Origin: Macrostomum lignano
Lineage: Eukaryota
DNA length: 64,000 bases
Direction: 5' to 3'
Assembly (NCBI GenBank): GCA_002269645.1
Contig: NIVC01003617.1
Span: forward strand, 23,301-87,300
Both the position numbers and the translations under genes were made by a program. Positions within the stretch are counted from its first letter, which is position 1, and every line of letters begins with the position of its first letter. Below are positions 47,651 to 59,316 of the stretch, one piece after another. The notes beneath the pieces are model-generated. The model was not told the origin of the DNA. It did no database searches and worked only from the letters and a program-made list of their open reading frames with translations.

Positions 47651-50482
47651 TCAGTTCAGAACAAAGCGCTCTTTCAGCATGGCCTTCGGCTTGTGCCGCT
47701 TCTCATTGTAGGCCCGGTAGCGCTCCTCTTCGTTCAGCTGCCGCTGTCGTTTCACCTCATTTTCCATACGGCGAACCCGCGTCTGCCTCTTGATGGCGTC
47801 TAGCGGCACCCGGGTGTAGCGCAAGCTGAACGACACGTCCTCTTCCAGCACCGGCACGTTTGCCACCGGCGACGGGAACCGGTAGGTGCACCGATTGGCG
47901 CTCGAGTCCAACGCTTTTTTGGCCGCTTCGGAGTCCATCGCTTTCACCAGCTTCTTGTTCTTCTCCGGGTAATAATCCACGGGCAGGTAGCTGATGCCCC
48001 GGCTTGTAAGGTCCGTTTTGAACTGCTTCTCCACGGCGTACTTTTGCTTGCGGAGCTCGAACATGTCGCAGAGTCGATCAGGCGTGCTGTACAGCCATAT
48101 GAAGTTTTGCCGGAAAACAAGGTCTTCTGGCTTGTAGTAGAACTCCTTGGGTGTGCGCAGCGCCAGGAAGCTTAAGCCTTTGCGCGTGGCTTCGCACACC
48201 AGCGCCAGGCTCTCTACAAGCACACCTGGGATCACTTCACGAATTGTGCGGCTGTTCCAGTTAACGTTCTCCGTGATGATAGATGGGTTTACTTCCAGCA
48301 GCCAAGGCCTGCCACCTTCATCGATACAGATATCCAACGAGAAGACTTGGTAGCAGTTAGCCTTTTCCTTGATCTGGTCCAGTACGCTGCAACAAATGTT
48401 GGACACCATTGAGCGCATGGTGCGAAGGAATGCTTCATTTGTGCTAAAGTGCGTCCATGGGTCTTGACCTGGCGGCACGTCTGCAGGGTCAAAATCGGCA
48501 GCAGGTGCAGCCCCTGTGGCACCGGCAGTCCCAGCAGCACCACTCTCCGAGACAGTCGCACCCGCTGAACTAGTTCCAGGGGCCGCGGCAGCACCAGATG
48601 TAGAAGCAGGGCTGTTGGCTCCTACACTTGGTGATGCGGAACCACTTGGCTGCACAGTACTAGTCGAAGTCGCCTGAGCAGTAGCATCTAGATTTTGAGC
48701 AGTCTTGTCCATCTTTTGAGGTTTTGGGTTGAGCTCTGGCGCCTTAGTTGCCATCATGATGAGTGGTAGATTTTGCTTGTTGCCCTTCAGGCAGCCGTGA
48801 CGCACAGCAAAGTTGTACTCTTCGCACTCGTCATTGTCAAACTCGCCAGCATAAAAACCAACTCGATTAATTGGCTCCAATGGATCCAGTTCGACCGATG
48901 GCTTCCTGTTTTTCTTTTTCTTGGCGTTGTTCTGCGTCTGAAGCACGTCCTCAGAGGTGTTGTCACCCGATGTAGTCGTCGCATTGTTAGCACTGGCCGG
49001 TGGCTGGGTGGCTGGATCGATTTTGGGTCCGAAAGTGCGCCAAACTCGAGTACCTGCTAGGTGCTGTCGAGCTCTGAATTTCTCATTCTTCTGCATTTCC
49101 TTGTACGGATCGGGGACTTTTCTGACAAAGCCCGGATGCAGAAATCCCAGGACGCGCTTAAACCGAGTAACGATTATCAGCAGGAACATTCGAATATCAA
49201 ACTTCTGACCGGTGTTGGTGAGCATAGGATTTTTTATGTACCTCTGCACGACGAAATTTTGTCCCCACATAAATCGGTTGGAAGTCTTCACCTTAAGGAA
49301 GGTGCGAAGTTGCTCCGCAGAGGAAAGAATTCGAACGCCACGTCCGCTGCGCATGTACGACGGCTTCACAATCCAGTGGGCGTCGGGAGCTGTCCTGGAT
49401 ACATCTTCTATGAACACGTTCTGCTGAAGTGACGACGAAAACACCTTTGTCTCGGGCACAAAAATTTTGCTCACGAAACACGGGCACATGCTGCCGTCGT
49501 GCAGTTTGTCGATTCCGAGCTCGTTTCGTGCCTCCTTTGACATGGTTTCGAAGCAGCCAGGCTCTGTACAAGGCTCCATGTTGTGTCGAGCGTACTGGTG
49601 CGGACACAGCATCTGACACGGAATTCGTTTCCGGGTATGAGGACAGAGATGCTCCTTGAACTGTATACCCTTGTGCAGAGTGTTGCTTTGCAAGGTGAAA
49701 GCGAGGCTTTGCTTATCCTTTAAATAGATGTCCAACGGCAAACGGTTGACAAAATGGTGCTCCGGTCGCAGAGTGGGTAGCACCTCGGTGGCCTTGCGCT
49801 TGCCCAGCCAGCAGAAAACACGCTCACCCCCGTCCGTCGGCAGATTCTTGATCTTCTCCATTTTCATAAAGTCGCAGAAGGCGGTAAAAAGCAGATCAAG
49901 GCAGCCCACTCCGTTGTTTTCTGTCTCGATGAAAAACTTTGTATTGTTGCAAAGCAGCTGGGGATAGCTTTCCTGATACAGGCGATTGTACATAGCCAGA
50001 TGCTCGCCGAATCTGTACAGCTGTGTGCTGATAGAAAATGCTTTGCGTTCTTCAACCTTTGGCAACTCAGGCTCACCCTTGCCCTTCTTCTTTTTCTTCT
50101 TAGCGTTGCTCTTGTTTTCAATGTCATCGTTGGATGCATTTGTACTGTGCGAGGCCGGCAGCACCTCAGGAATAACTGCAGCTGTAGTTGCGGGCAGGCT
50201 CGTCTCAGCCACCACCACAGTCTCCGCAGCTTCTGGCGCCGTATTTGGCTCCACTACTCGTGGCACTTGCGAGTTGCTCTGGCTGTTTTGGTGAAAGGAG
50301 GACTCCGTGGACATTGGCTTAGCCTTCTTAAGCGACTGTTGGTCCATAGCGAACACATTCTTTATATCTTCTGTGGTAGCTGTCCCATCGCAATACTCGG
50401 AGTAGTTTGCTCGAAGCACTGCCGCATCGGCGCTGTTCGCTTTCTTTTTTAGAGGCATCTGCACGGGCGCGGCCTCTTGCAT
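47651..50482 (-). CDS. TTLL10: Tubulin-tyrosine-ligase-like (ATP-grasp) protein, TTLL10-like glycylase, intronless, 943 aa
   Basis: WIVKP..GRGV, VVQRYIKNP, KFDIR and SLDICIDEGGRPWLLEVN motifs. EVIPGVLVESLALVCE resembles the TTLL10 C-terminal helix. TTL family is certain; the subfamily call is less so. Confidence 0.8.
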   Translation of the reverse strand: MQEAAPVQMPLKKKANSADAAVLRANYSEYCDGTATTEDIKNVFAMDQQSLKKAKPMSTESSFHQNSQSNSQVPRVVEPNTAPEAAETVVVAETSLPATTAAVIPEVLPASHSTNASNDDIENKSNAKKKKKKGKGEPELPKVEERKAFSISTQLYRFGEHLAMYNRLYQESYPQLLCNNTKFFIETENNGVGCLDLLFTAFCDFMKMEKIKNLPTDGGERVFCWLGKRKATEVLPTLRPEHHFVNRLPLDIYLKDKQSLAFTLQSNTLHKGIQFKEHLCPHTRKRIPCQMLCPHQYARHNMEPCTEPGCFETMSKEARNELGIDKLHDGSMCPCFVSKIFVPETKVFSSSLQQNVFIEDVSRTAPDAHWIVKPSYMRSGRGVRILSSAEQLRTFLKVKTSNRFMWGQNFVVQRYIKNPMLTNTGQKFDIRMFLLIIVTRFKRVLGFLHPGFVRKVPDPYKEMQKNEKFRARQHLAGTRVWRTFGPKIDPATQPPASANNATTTSGDNTSEDVLQTQNNAKKKKNRKPSVELDPLEPINRVGFYAGEFDNDECEEYNFAVRHGCLKGNKQNLPLIMMATKAPELNPKPQKMDKTAQNLDATAQATSTSTVQPSGSASPSVGANSPASTSGAAAAPGTSSAGATVSESGAAGTAGATGAAPAADFDPADVPPGQDPWTHFSTNEAFLRTMRSMVSNICCSVLDQIKEKANCYQVFSLDICIDEGGRPWLLEVNPSIITENVNWNSRTIREVIPGVLVESLALVCEATRKGLSFLALRTPKEFYYKPEDLVFRQNFIWLYSTPDRLCDMFELRKQKYAVEKQFKTDLTSRGISYLPVDYYPEKNKKLVKAMDSEAAKKALDSSANRCTYRFPSPVANVPVLEEDVSFSLRYTRVPLDAIKRQTRVRRMENEVKRQRQLNEEERYRAYNEKRHKPKAMLKERFVLN

Positions 50483-51127
50483 CGTGTCGCGTTGTTTACA
50501 AAATTATTCCGACACGAAAAGCTGCTCAACTTTCTATTGTAAATTGCGGGGAGCTTAGGCTCTGCTTGGCTTAACTTGACTTCTGCAAGGTACAGAAATG
50601 CGTCTCACTATAGAGATGCTTAAACTTTCGGCCACAGACGACTAGGACTGAAAGTAGGCGTAGGCTCGGGTTCGATTATCGCTCAAAATAGTCTATGGCA
50701 TGGACTATTGTACGCAGTCGCTGCTATTTGAAGGATACATCCATCCACTAAACTAAAAATGAGTTGTTTTAGAATAACCAGATATGCAACTCGCCAATAT
50801 GCGCTCAACAACTTGTTTTGTGGTTGTGTAGTTTACATTTTTATTTGGTCATACGAGCGTATTAAAAAAGAAAAAACATTCTGATAACTTGAATTCAAAA
50901 AATAGGCATCGTATATATGCGATCGCGTATTCATGTAGATTACATCTAGATGCAAAATAGAACAAAATGAAATGAGTTCACATACTGTTCAAAAAATGTG
51001 CGTGATGCGTTTAAGATTTAATTTTAATGACCGACGCACAAAGCAAACTGTTTGTGCTACACTACCGTTCAAAAACTACTGTATAGGTGAAATTCCACGT
51101 CTCGGTGTAAAATCCAATCTGCAGGAG

Positions 51128-51706
51128 TCACAGGACCTCGCAGTGAAAAGCTGGTTTTATTGGCTTTTTTGGAACCAACACAGCACGAATAGCCTCGTCA
51201 AACACGCTCTTCAGCCCTTTCTGAGTCAGGGCTGAACACTCAAGGTACTTCGCAGCGTTAATCTCCTTGGCCATTGTCATACCCTGCAGGTGGGTGATGG
51301 GGGCCAGCTTCTTTGCTTTTAGCTCTTTAATTGTCTCCTTGTCGTCGCGCAGGTCCATTTTTGTGCCAACCAGCACGATTGGAGCGTTTGGACAGTGATG
51401 GCTCACCTCCGGGTACCACTTGGATCGAACGTTCTCAAAGCTTGTCGGACTGACGAGGGAAAAGCAGATGATAAACACGTCAGTCTCGGGGTAACTGAGC
51501 GGTCGGAGTCGGTCGTAGTCCTCCTGGCCGGCTGTGTCCCACAGGCCCAGGTTAATAGGCCGGTCATTGGCCACCACGACGGCTGAGTAGTGATCGAACA
51601 CTGTCGGCACATAGGTGCTGGGAAAGGCGTTCTCAACGTAAGAGATGAGCAGACAGGTCTTGCCAACTGTTCCGTCGCCAACAAAGACGCACTTTACCGA
51701 CTGCAT
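51128..51706 (-). CDS. RAC: Rac-like Rho-family GTPase, divergent paralog A (192 aa, CAAX CEVL)
   Basis: [39 protein letters not shown] and ECSAL motifs. True ATG at 51706. Probable 5'-UTR intron with donor at 51889. Confidence 0.95.
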   Translation of the reverse strand: MQSVKCVFVGDGTVGKTCLLISYVENAFPSTYVPTVFDHYSAVVVANDRPINLGLWDTAGQEDYDRLRPLSYPETDVFIICFSLVSPTSFENVRSKWYPEVSHHCPNAPIVLVGTKMDLRDDKETIKELKAKKLAPITHLQGMTMAKEINAAKYLECSALTQKGLKSVFDEAIRAVLVPKKPIKPAFHCEVL

Positions 51707-51711
51707 TCTTA

Positions 51712-51754
51712 GGATACTGTGAGATACTGTGAGATACTGTGAGATACTGTGAGA
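51712..51754 (-). repeat. Four copies of a 10-bp unit containing CTCACAG (acceptor-like) just upstream of the Rac A ATG
   Basis: GAGATACTGT x4 on the + strand. Confidence 0.85.
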
Positions 51755-52775
51755 ATGAAATTTCCGAAATTCTGTTTCTCGCAAGCCGTGTCAGCGTCAC
51801 GCGTTTTATAATATTTTGGCTTTCGAAATCGCTTATTTTTAGACTATGCCTCACTCAAACGATAGAGAAATAACACAGTAAGCTCGTACCTTCTCTGCCC
51901 AGTCGCCCTCTCCTCTTCATGCCCTCTCTTATTTTTCATGCTTGCTACAAGCTATTAATAGTCAGCTACTGCGTAATTAGTAAGCATGCAAATTCTTTCC
52001 ATAGCATCCTTGGATATGGAAGTGACAGAAACATTGCCACCTACACGAATCTCAACTGCTGCACCGGAAAGCAAATAATTAGTTGAATTTGGGGTTCAAC
52101 TTTTTCTTAGATTCAATGTATCGATTCAATCTAGCAAATTGAAACTGAAAAACAACTTTACGGTTTCTTAATGGTACGAATTGATTAGAAACGCTGTGAC
52201 ACCCTGCCATGCATATTAAAATGTTTAGAAATACAGAAAAATCTGTCTATTCTCAAGCACATTCATTCGCTAAGGAGGGCAAGGCAAGCAGCATGCATCA
52301 ACCTTCCCTCTCGAAAGGGTGAAGCTGCATAAACTCTCCACTTGGCCAGCGCTCGCAACCTTCTACTCATTTCAGAGCCCGATGCGATGCCCAGAGCAAA
52401 AGAGACGATGCCTTTGATGCCATCATCGCCTTCTCTTCTCTGCTGGTATGACTGACTAGCACGCAGCCTGAAAAAAATTGCAGTGTGCACAGAGCGTGCT
52501 TTTGTGCGCGCGCCCCACCCCAACGCCCCCTTGCCTAGCAGTTATCCCGACCCGCAAGTTTTGTCTGTGCAGACTAGCAATAGTCAGATCTATTTTTGCC
52601 AAGTCTACACAGAAACTGGAACTCAGCTATCTATCTACTTGTTTCTTTCATTCCTTTTTGCATATCGAAGCCTATCTCAGACATAAAAGAAAATTCTTAC
52701 CAGGCGCAGAAATAGAATTTAGTTAGAAGATACGCTGTAAGCCAGCTCCTCTCTGTTTTAGACCTTCTGAGCGCG

Positions 52776-53363
52776 ATGCAGGCCATCAAGTGTGTTGTGG
52801 TTGGAGATGGAGCTGTTGGAAAAACCTGCCTCCTCATCTCCTACACGACCAACGCCTTTCCTAACGAGTACATCCCGACCGTGTTCGATAACTACTCGGC
52901 GAATATCATGGTGGACAGCAAGCCCATCAACCTGGGCCTGTGGGACACGGCTGGCCAGGAGGACTATGACCGGCTGAGGCCGCTGAGCTACCCGCAAACT
53001 GACGTGTTTCTGGTCTGCTTCTCCCTCATCAGCCCGGCCAGCTATGAGAACGTGCGGGCCAAGTGGTACCCGGAGGTGAGACACCACTGTCCCAGCGCTC
53101 CGGTCGTGCTGGTCGGCACCAAACTGGACCTGCGCGACGATCCAGAAACGATTGAAAAGCTAAAGGAAAAGAACCAGGCCCCCATCACCCACCTGCAAGG
53201 CATGTCGATGGCTAAGGAGATCGGTGCGGAGAAGTACCTGGAATGCTCAGCCCTGACTCAGAAGGGACTGAAGAACGTGTTCGACGAGTCAATTCGAGCC
53301 GTGCTGCGGCCTCCCAAGCCCACACAGAGAGGACGACTTGGTGGGAAATGCAAAATTTTGTAG
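52776..53363 (+). CDS. RAC1: Rac1-like GTPase, paralog B (195 aa, CAAX CKIL)
   Basis: Canonical [29 protein letters not shown] and all G-boxes. CDS intronless. Probable 5'-UTR intron 52446-52761. Confidence 0.97.
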   Translation: MQAIKCVVVGDGAVGKTCLLISYTTNAFPNEYIPTVFDNYSANIMVDSKPINLGLWDTAGQEDYDRLRPLSYPQTDVFLVCFSLISPASYENVRAKWYPEVRHHCPSAPVVLVGTKLDLRDDPETIEKLKEKNQAPITHLQGMSMAKEIGAEKYLECSALTQKGLKNVFDESIRAVLRPPKPTQRGRLGGKCKIL

Positions 53364-54249
53364 TCAAAGCAGATTTTGGCTTTGACTTTACACACTGACT
53401 TTACACACCGAGTTGCACGAAATTATATTCAAGATCAGCGCAGTTTTCTATAAGTAATAATAAATACTGCTTCTAACCTCAGTTTGTTTATGCAAATTAA
53501 TTCGCGGATCTAAATCAATGCTTTCTAGACGATATTTTTAAGAAGAAGCAACATTAAAGGATGTTAGTTTCGGAGAACAAAGTTTTGCTCCCTTTCTCGC
53601 TTCCAAACAGAAGATTAATCTAAGATGAAAAATGTTTGATACTGCATGTTAATTTTCATATTTTATCCAGTCTTTGTTGTTTTAATCAAGTGGGCCCAAG
53701 CTGATCGAAAAAATTTTCTATTTTTGTTGGCTCAAACATACAGATATTTCAGCTGCGTACGGCTTTAATGCTGCCTTTTATCCTAGAAATAATATTCTAT
53801 ATGTTTATGCTGCATTATGCAAATTTATGGTCGACATTAAGAGGCCTAGCCTCTATTTCTATTCTCTAGAAGACCACAGAAATTGAAGCCAAAATATAGC
53901 GGTGTAGAATCTAACAATATGTACAGACTTTTTCTTCATCGTTTAAAAAACGACATTGTAAACAATGTTCAAAAATGCTATAAATTGATTTTATACTGTT
54001 CTAAAAAGTTATTTTATGGCTATTTTTACTCTTAATTTTTTAGTGCACCCGCTGTGTTTGTATAATATTTACTTAGTTTTCTGAAAAATATTGTTCAAAC
54101 AAATAAATTCAATTTTTATGGTGAATCATTTTAATCATCAAGGAATTTTCGACAATAAACAATATAAACTACCTACGTGTATAAATTCTTCGATCTTTTA
54201 AGTTTGTTTATCATCCTTAGACAACAATATTTGTCTTTAGACTTCTCTT

Positions 54250-54800
54250 GAGTTTCAAATTTCTGGGCCTGCAAACGTCGGGTAGAACCGAGTTCGTCCC
54301 GAGGTGAGTGATCGAGCCTGGCCCTGTTGGAAAACCGGGCAGTGGCAGATAAAGTGCTCAGCGTTTTCACTGTCTGAGCGACAAAAGGGGTATCGCTCCT
54401 CCGGTACCTGGCCCTGAGATGGCGAGGGTAGCAGCCATGCCCGGAGAGGGCTATGCTAACCGCTCCCTGCTCCCTGCTAAAAGATCCCTGCGGTTGAGCC
54501 GAAGAAGGGTCTATATGCATTAAGGGGAGGGGCAGGGGCGGCAGCATGGGATTGCCTGCAGTTCCGAGTGTCGTGCCATCTGGGGAGACGCTCGGAGTCA
54601 GCCCAGCGACTAACTCGGTCAGAGATTGGGGCACCTGGGCCCCGCCGGCGGAGCAAACCTTGGCCAGCAGGTCAGCGCACTTGTTGCCGAGGAAACCAGC
54701 GTGGCCCGGAATCCATTCGAGCTCCGCCCAGCTGGGTGTTGCAGTCCAGGATAGATTTGTAGCTGGCGGTGCTACGTACGGCAGAGAGCCCGAAGGGCTG
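54250..54800 (-). mobile_element. 5'-truncated LINE 3' fragment (RNase H end plus C-terminal region) between Rac B and Rac C
   Basis: ELEWIPGHAGFLGNKCADLLAK RNase H motif followed by LSGHG. GC-rich island in AT-rich intergenic DNA. Confidence 0.85.
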
Positions 54801-55524
54801 CCTGGCTGTCGGAGTGAACAGACACTCAGAAAAGACTTCGGTTCAGGCACATGCTTGCTACTGAAACATTAAGTATATGACGTCTTAGTCGAACAAGGAC
54901 CAGTGCATGCATACAATTATGCTTCAACAAGATTAACCAATGACAAAAATAGGAAATTAGACAACTTTTGGCCTTTAACTTGGATAATTGTGCCGTACAA
55001 GCTCCAATTTTAGTTAGCAATAGAAAAAATAGCGCAAAAACAGAACGATAATTAAATTTCAGTTATATCGCGCGTGTGCATCAGTGCTGCGTGCTTTGAT
55101 TTGCAAAGTAAGAGATTCATGCATCTTCCGTATCATGGATATGCTTAAACTTAAATGAATACCACGAAGGCCAGAATAGAACTAGGCTGTCTCCGAAAAT
55201 ATCTGTCAACGAGCAGCAGCTCGATCCACAACCGCTGCACACCAAGACTAGAGCAGCTATCTTAAACGTTGACGATTAATTCATAATTCTAAAGGCTTAA
55301 AAAGGCATAGCCATATAGCGAACTGCTTATAAACTACTGGCAGTGAAATTTGGCGCGTGCGAGGCACCAAGAAAGCCAGCCAGGCTTATCTAAACACATA
55401 AATAAGGAATCACTGTATCTTCCGTCGTGCATGAATTTCAGGGGTAGGCAATTTCACAGAAAGTCATAAGCAGCCATTTCAGCGTAGTTCAGCTCAGCTT
55501 ACCTACTGAAAGATTTGACTGAAC

Positions 55525-56106
55525 ATGCAAACGATCAAGTGCGTTGTGGTTGGCGATGGAGCAGTCGGAAAAACATGTCTGCTCATCTCCTATACTACCA
55601 ACGCGTTTCCTAACGAGTACATCCCGACCGTGTTCGACAATTACTCCGCCAATGTGATGGTGGACGGCAAGCCCATCAACCTGGGCCTGTGGGACACGGC
55701 TGGCCAGGAGGACTATGACCGGCTGAGGCCGCTGAGCTACCCTCAAACCAACGTGTTCCTTGTCTGCTTCTCCCTCATCAGCCCAACTAGTTACGAAAAT
55801 GTTCGATCGAAGTGGTACCCGGAGGTAAGTCACCACTGTCCCAACACTCCGATCGTGCTGGTCGGCACCAAACTGGACCTGCGAGACGATCCAGAAACTG
55901 TTGAAAAGTTGAAGGCCAGGTATCTGGCCCCCATCACGCACCTGCAAGGAATGACAATGGCAAAGGAAATCAACGCAGTGAAGTACCTGGAGTGCTCAGC
56001 TCTGACTCAGAAGGGGCTGAAGACTGTGTTCGATGAAGCTATACAAGCTGTAATGTGCCCGAAGCCGAAGAGCAGCAAGAAGGGACTCAGCTGCAAACTG
56101 CTTTAG
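55525..56106 (+). CDS. RAC1: Rac1-like GTPase, paralog C (193 aa, CAAX CKLL)
   Basis: All G-boxes intact. CDS intronless. Probable 5'-UTR intron with donor AAA|GTAAGA at 55108. Confidence 0.97.
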   Translation: MQTIKCVVVGDGAVGKTCLLISYTTNAFPNEYIPTVFDNYSANVMVDGKPINLGLWDTAGQEDYDRLRPLSYPQTNVFLVCFSLISPTSYENVRSKWYPEVSHHCPNTPIVLVGTKLDLRDDPETVEKLKARYLAPITHLQGMTMAKEINAVKYLECSALTQKGLKTVFDEAIQAVMCPKPKSSKKGLSCKLL

Positions 56107-56884
56107 ACGGCAGAGTGTGCGATCAAATCAAATCTGTTGTGCAGATTTTTCTACTTAGATATGAATTGAGCTTCAGGCCTAAAAAACGATAGCTTTTTCT
56201 TGGCTAAACAGTGATTTTTATTGTCGGCAATTGTGATTAAAGTTGTTATATCGATTTTGAAACGTAAGTAACATACCCCCCTCGTGTCTTGTTTTCTAAT
56301 GCGAATATGCGTGTTGTCAATGTTTAGTACTTATAATAAATAAACAGTCTCTTGCTTATTCAGATTTTTCACATTGAATTTGCTGAACACTTCTAATTAC
56401 TGATTAATGACTACGAGTATCTCAAAATATTATTCATCTCGTTGGATTAGCCTCGTGTGTTAATGAACAATATGTGCTGAATATATAATGTCACTGCTTG
56501 TTATTTCGAGTTTGTAAAGTACGAAGTATTTCTACATAAATATACTCATTTACTTGATTACAAACAGAAAAATGAAGACGTTAAAAACAGTTATTATCAA
56601 CGCCGTTTCGGCCGTACTTTTTAACGCAGAGCTTTTCCCATCATCTACACGCTCCATTTTCCATTACCGGTACTTGTGGCGGTTGTTTAGATAGCCGCAA
56701 AAGTTTTATACAATTTTTTAAACAGTCCTCATGCTTACACGTATAGTTCTCGCCAAGCCAGATCCACCTCAAAATTTTGGAGCGTAGGAACGAGGTGGGT
56801 GCGATTTAACAAAAGCACGCAATCGAGACTCAATCAATCAAGACATCTCAGTAATCCCCGTAAGCCTTGATAGGGATGCATGTA

Positions 56885-57029
56885 CACTCAGCAACAGTCA
56901 AGACTGCCACCCTAGAGAATTGGCAGAGCGACTGACTTCAGCTCACTACACTGCAATAACGCAAGGTTTCGCAACTCTCGCTCAGGCGCACACTTGGTCT
57001 AGGGTGGCGGTTTTGACTGTTGCTGAGTG
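56885..57029. mobile_element. 145-bp Tc1/mariner-type MITE
   Basis: 32-bp TIR CACTCAGCAACAGTCAARACYGCCACCCTAGA (2 mismatches), flanked by TA on both sides. Confidence 0.85.
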
Positions 57030-57047
57030 TATGTGCTTTAATTAGAT

Positions 57048-57583
57048 CAGAGCTCGGCAAACTCCGGCTCACAAGACCACTCAGTCCGGCCCGCGACCCC
57101 CTCCTCACCATCTAGCAATGATAAAGTAGTAATGGTAAAGTAGCAGGTTAGCCTGTAGTCTATACTCTATACTCATTAGGCTAGGCCAGGGCTATCACAA
57201 GTGCTGAGAAGAAGGAGAGGTGGAAGCTAAGTAGAGGGCTACGGACGGGAAAGTGGGGGGGCAGTCACAAACTAAGCTATTCGCGCTTTCAATGTACATT
57301 GACTCAACTCTGGTCATGCCGCTATTAAATGATAGCTCGTACATTGCAGTCTCAATGTACACCGCGTCGCTTTGAGACTCCTTAAAAGCTACGTGAATCT
57401 CCCCAAACTAGTATGCTTTCGTTCAGCTTATTTTATCATCTACAGGACTTTTTGAAGTATCTTAATCTAAGTTTAAAATACAAAAATTTGTGAAAAATTA
57501 AGTTTTAACTTGCATAGTCCGGCCCGTGGCTTCTGCCTACCCCTTTATCCGACTCGGACAAGTAAAAAGTTTGCCGACCCCTA
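57048..57583. mobile_element. Old hAT/Charlie-like non-autonomous element
   Basis: Ends CAGAGCTCGGCAAACT and AGTTTGCCGACCCCTA, with subterminal CCGGCCCG motifs. The 8-bp TSD is not preserved. Confidence 0.5.
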
Positions 57584-59316
57584 GAAAATAAATGGAAAGT
57601 AAAATAGAAAAAAATAGGTAGCTACGTATGCAGCCGAGGCTTGCGTACATTTTGTGCAGTGCTGACCTCGGGGAATGCTGAGCACAGTCGAGTGATCTGC
57701 AGTTCAGCCTAAAATCCTTAACTCGTTCACAGCGGCAGAGGGATGACGCAACACACTAATCCACCGTTATTAAAGTACTCGTGCTTTTAAACCGCATCCC
57801 ACACGATTGATATTTTGCGCTTTAAGATTTTTTAATAACCCCTAAAGCAGCAAATCCTACTTGCAGGATTTTTGATAAACAGCACAAATGCGCTCGTGTT
57901 TTGGCGGTAGCATAGTCAAAGACTACTTAATAAGCGACAATTAATCGTCCTTGACCATAGCATTCTCAACAGGGGCTTTTATAGCGACAAGATCGCTGGT
58001 CGAATGAGCGCACAAGGACCACTGTACGTAGTACAATATAACAGGTTAAACAAAAAAATCGTGTAAATTTTTTGGAGGAAGGTCAATTTCCAGGAAAAAT
58101 ACACTGCGGAGAGAGCAAAATCATTTTTTCATCACATAATCACTGATTGCATTTGATTTGATGCAATGAAGATTACCATTCATTTAGTTAAGCATTCACA
58201 ACATGTTACTCTGTTGTACTTTTATAGTTGTGCAGTGAAAGGTTCATTTTCATATTGTTTTATTTTTACTTTATAAGCTGAAGTCAAAGTTGTGTAAATA
58301 CTCAGAAGTGAGGTTTTTATTTTGTTACTCTGAGTAAAATAATATTTGGTAATTAATTTTTTTGCATCCAGGTGTTCTTCTCAGTCATTTAGTTTCATTG
58401 AGATGAAAATATTAGTAGCTATCATTTTTAGTAGGAGTATAATAGGATTAGTAGCATTACTCAAGAAACATATTGTGTATTTATCGTATCCAATATACTC
58501 AGCAACATCGAAAAGTCGCCAATCGCTATCACAGAAGATTCCGTCTGTGGTCGCCACTTTTGAGTTAAAGTCTCTCAATCTTTGCGAGTGACGCAACTCA
58601 TCTACGCCGCGGCTGACTTCAGTTGAGGCATGAAGTGGGGGAGCGGTGTGCGAGGGTTGGACGGATTAAAGCTACCCCGATCAGTTTTCTCGTATCTTTT
58701 ATTTCAGAATAGTCCAAGAGAAATTGCTCGTGTAGCGACTTTTCAATGTTGCTGAGTAAATGTACTGATTGACAGAGACAAGTGAATCCTCGCACCGTAA
58801 AGCAACCAGTTTTCAACAAAAGAAGTATAAATCGTGTATCGATTTGAATTGAGAATATAGCAATAATGGGCTAAACATATGCACACGCAAAACATTTCAA
58901 GAAAAATTCTCAAGATTACAAGGAAGGACATTAGGGACATTAGGGATCGCAAGTTATTATTCGCAGCACATGACCACCTATTATTAGACTTGCTTCCTGT
59001 AGTGCACGCCTCCTCTATGCCTTTACGCTTTCCTCTGACTCTAGAGCTATAGCTTTCTCGACCAACGTGCACTAGCACTGGCCCCTCCAACTACTCGTAT
59101 TGCGTAACACTGTAGCTGCACATCGGCAGTGAATCTTTATAACAACTCAAATATACGGTCCACAAGACCATGTTATTTCTTAGCGCACAAGCGCCCTTCA
59201 CTTCTTTTCATACGTTAAAGTTATATACGAAGTAGTTAAAATATTTACCATTAATAAAACGAACTTCAAATCTCTAAATTTAACGACTTAACAGTTGAAT
59301 GCTCAATGAGTTTATT

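Noticed and set aside
51707-51784. N-terminal extension of Rac A in the ORF track (218 aa)
   Set aside because: Starts at a non-ATG codon and translates the 10-bp repeat; the homologous start is ATG 51706.
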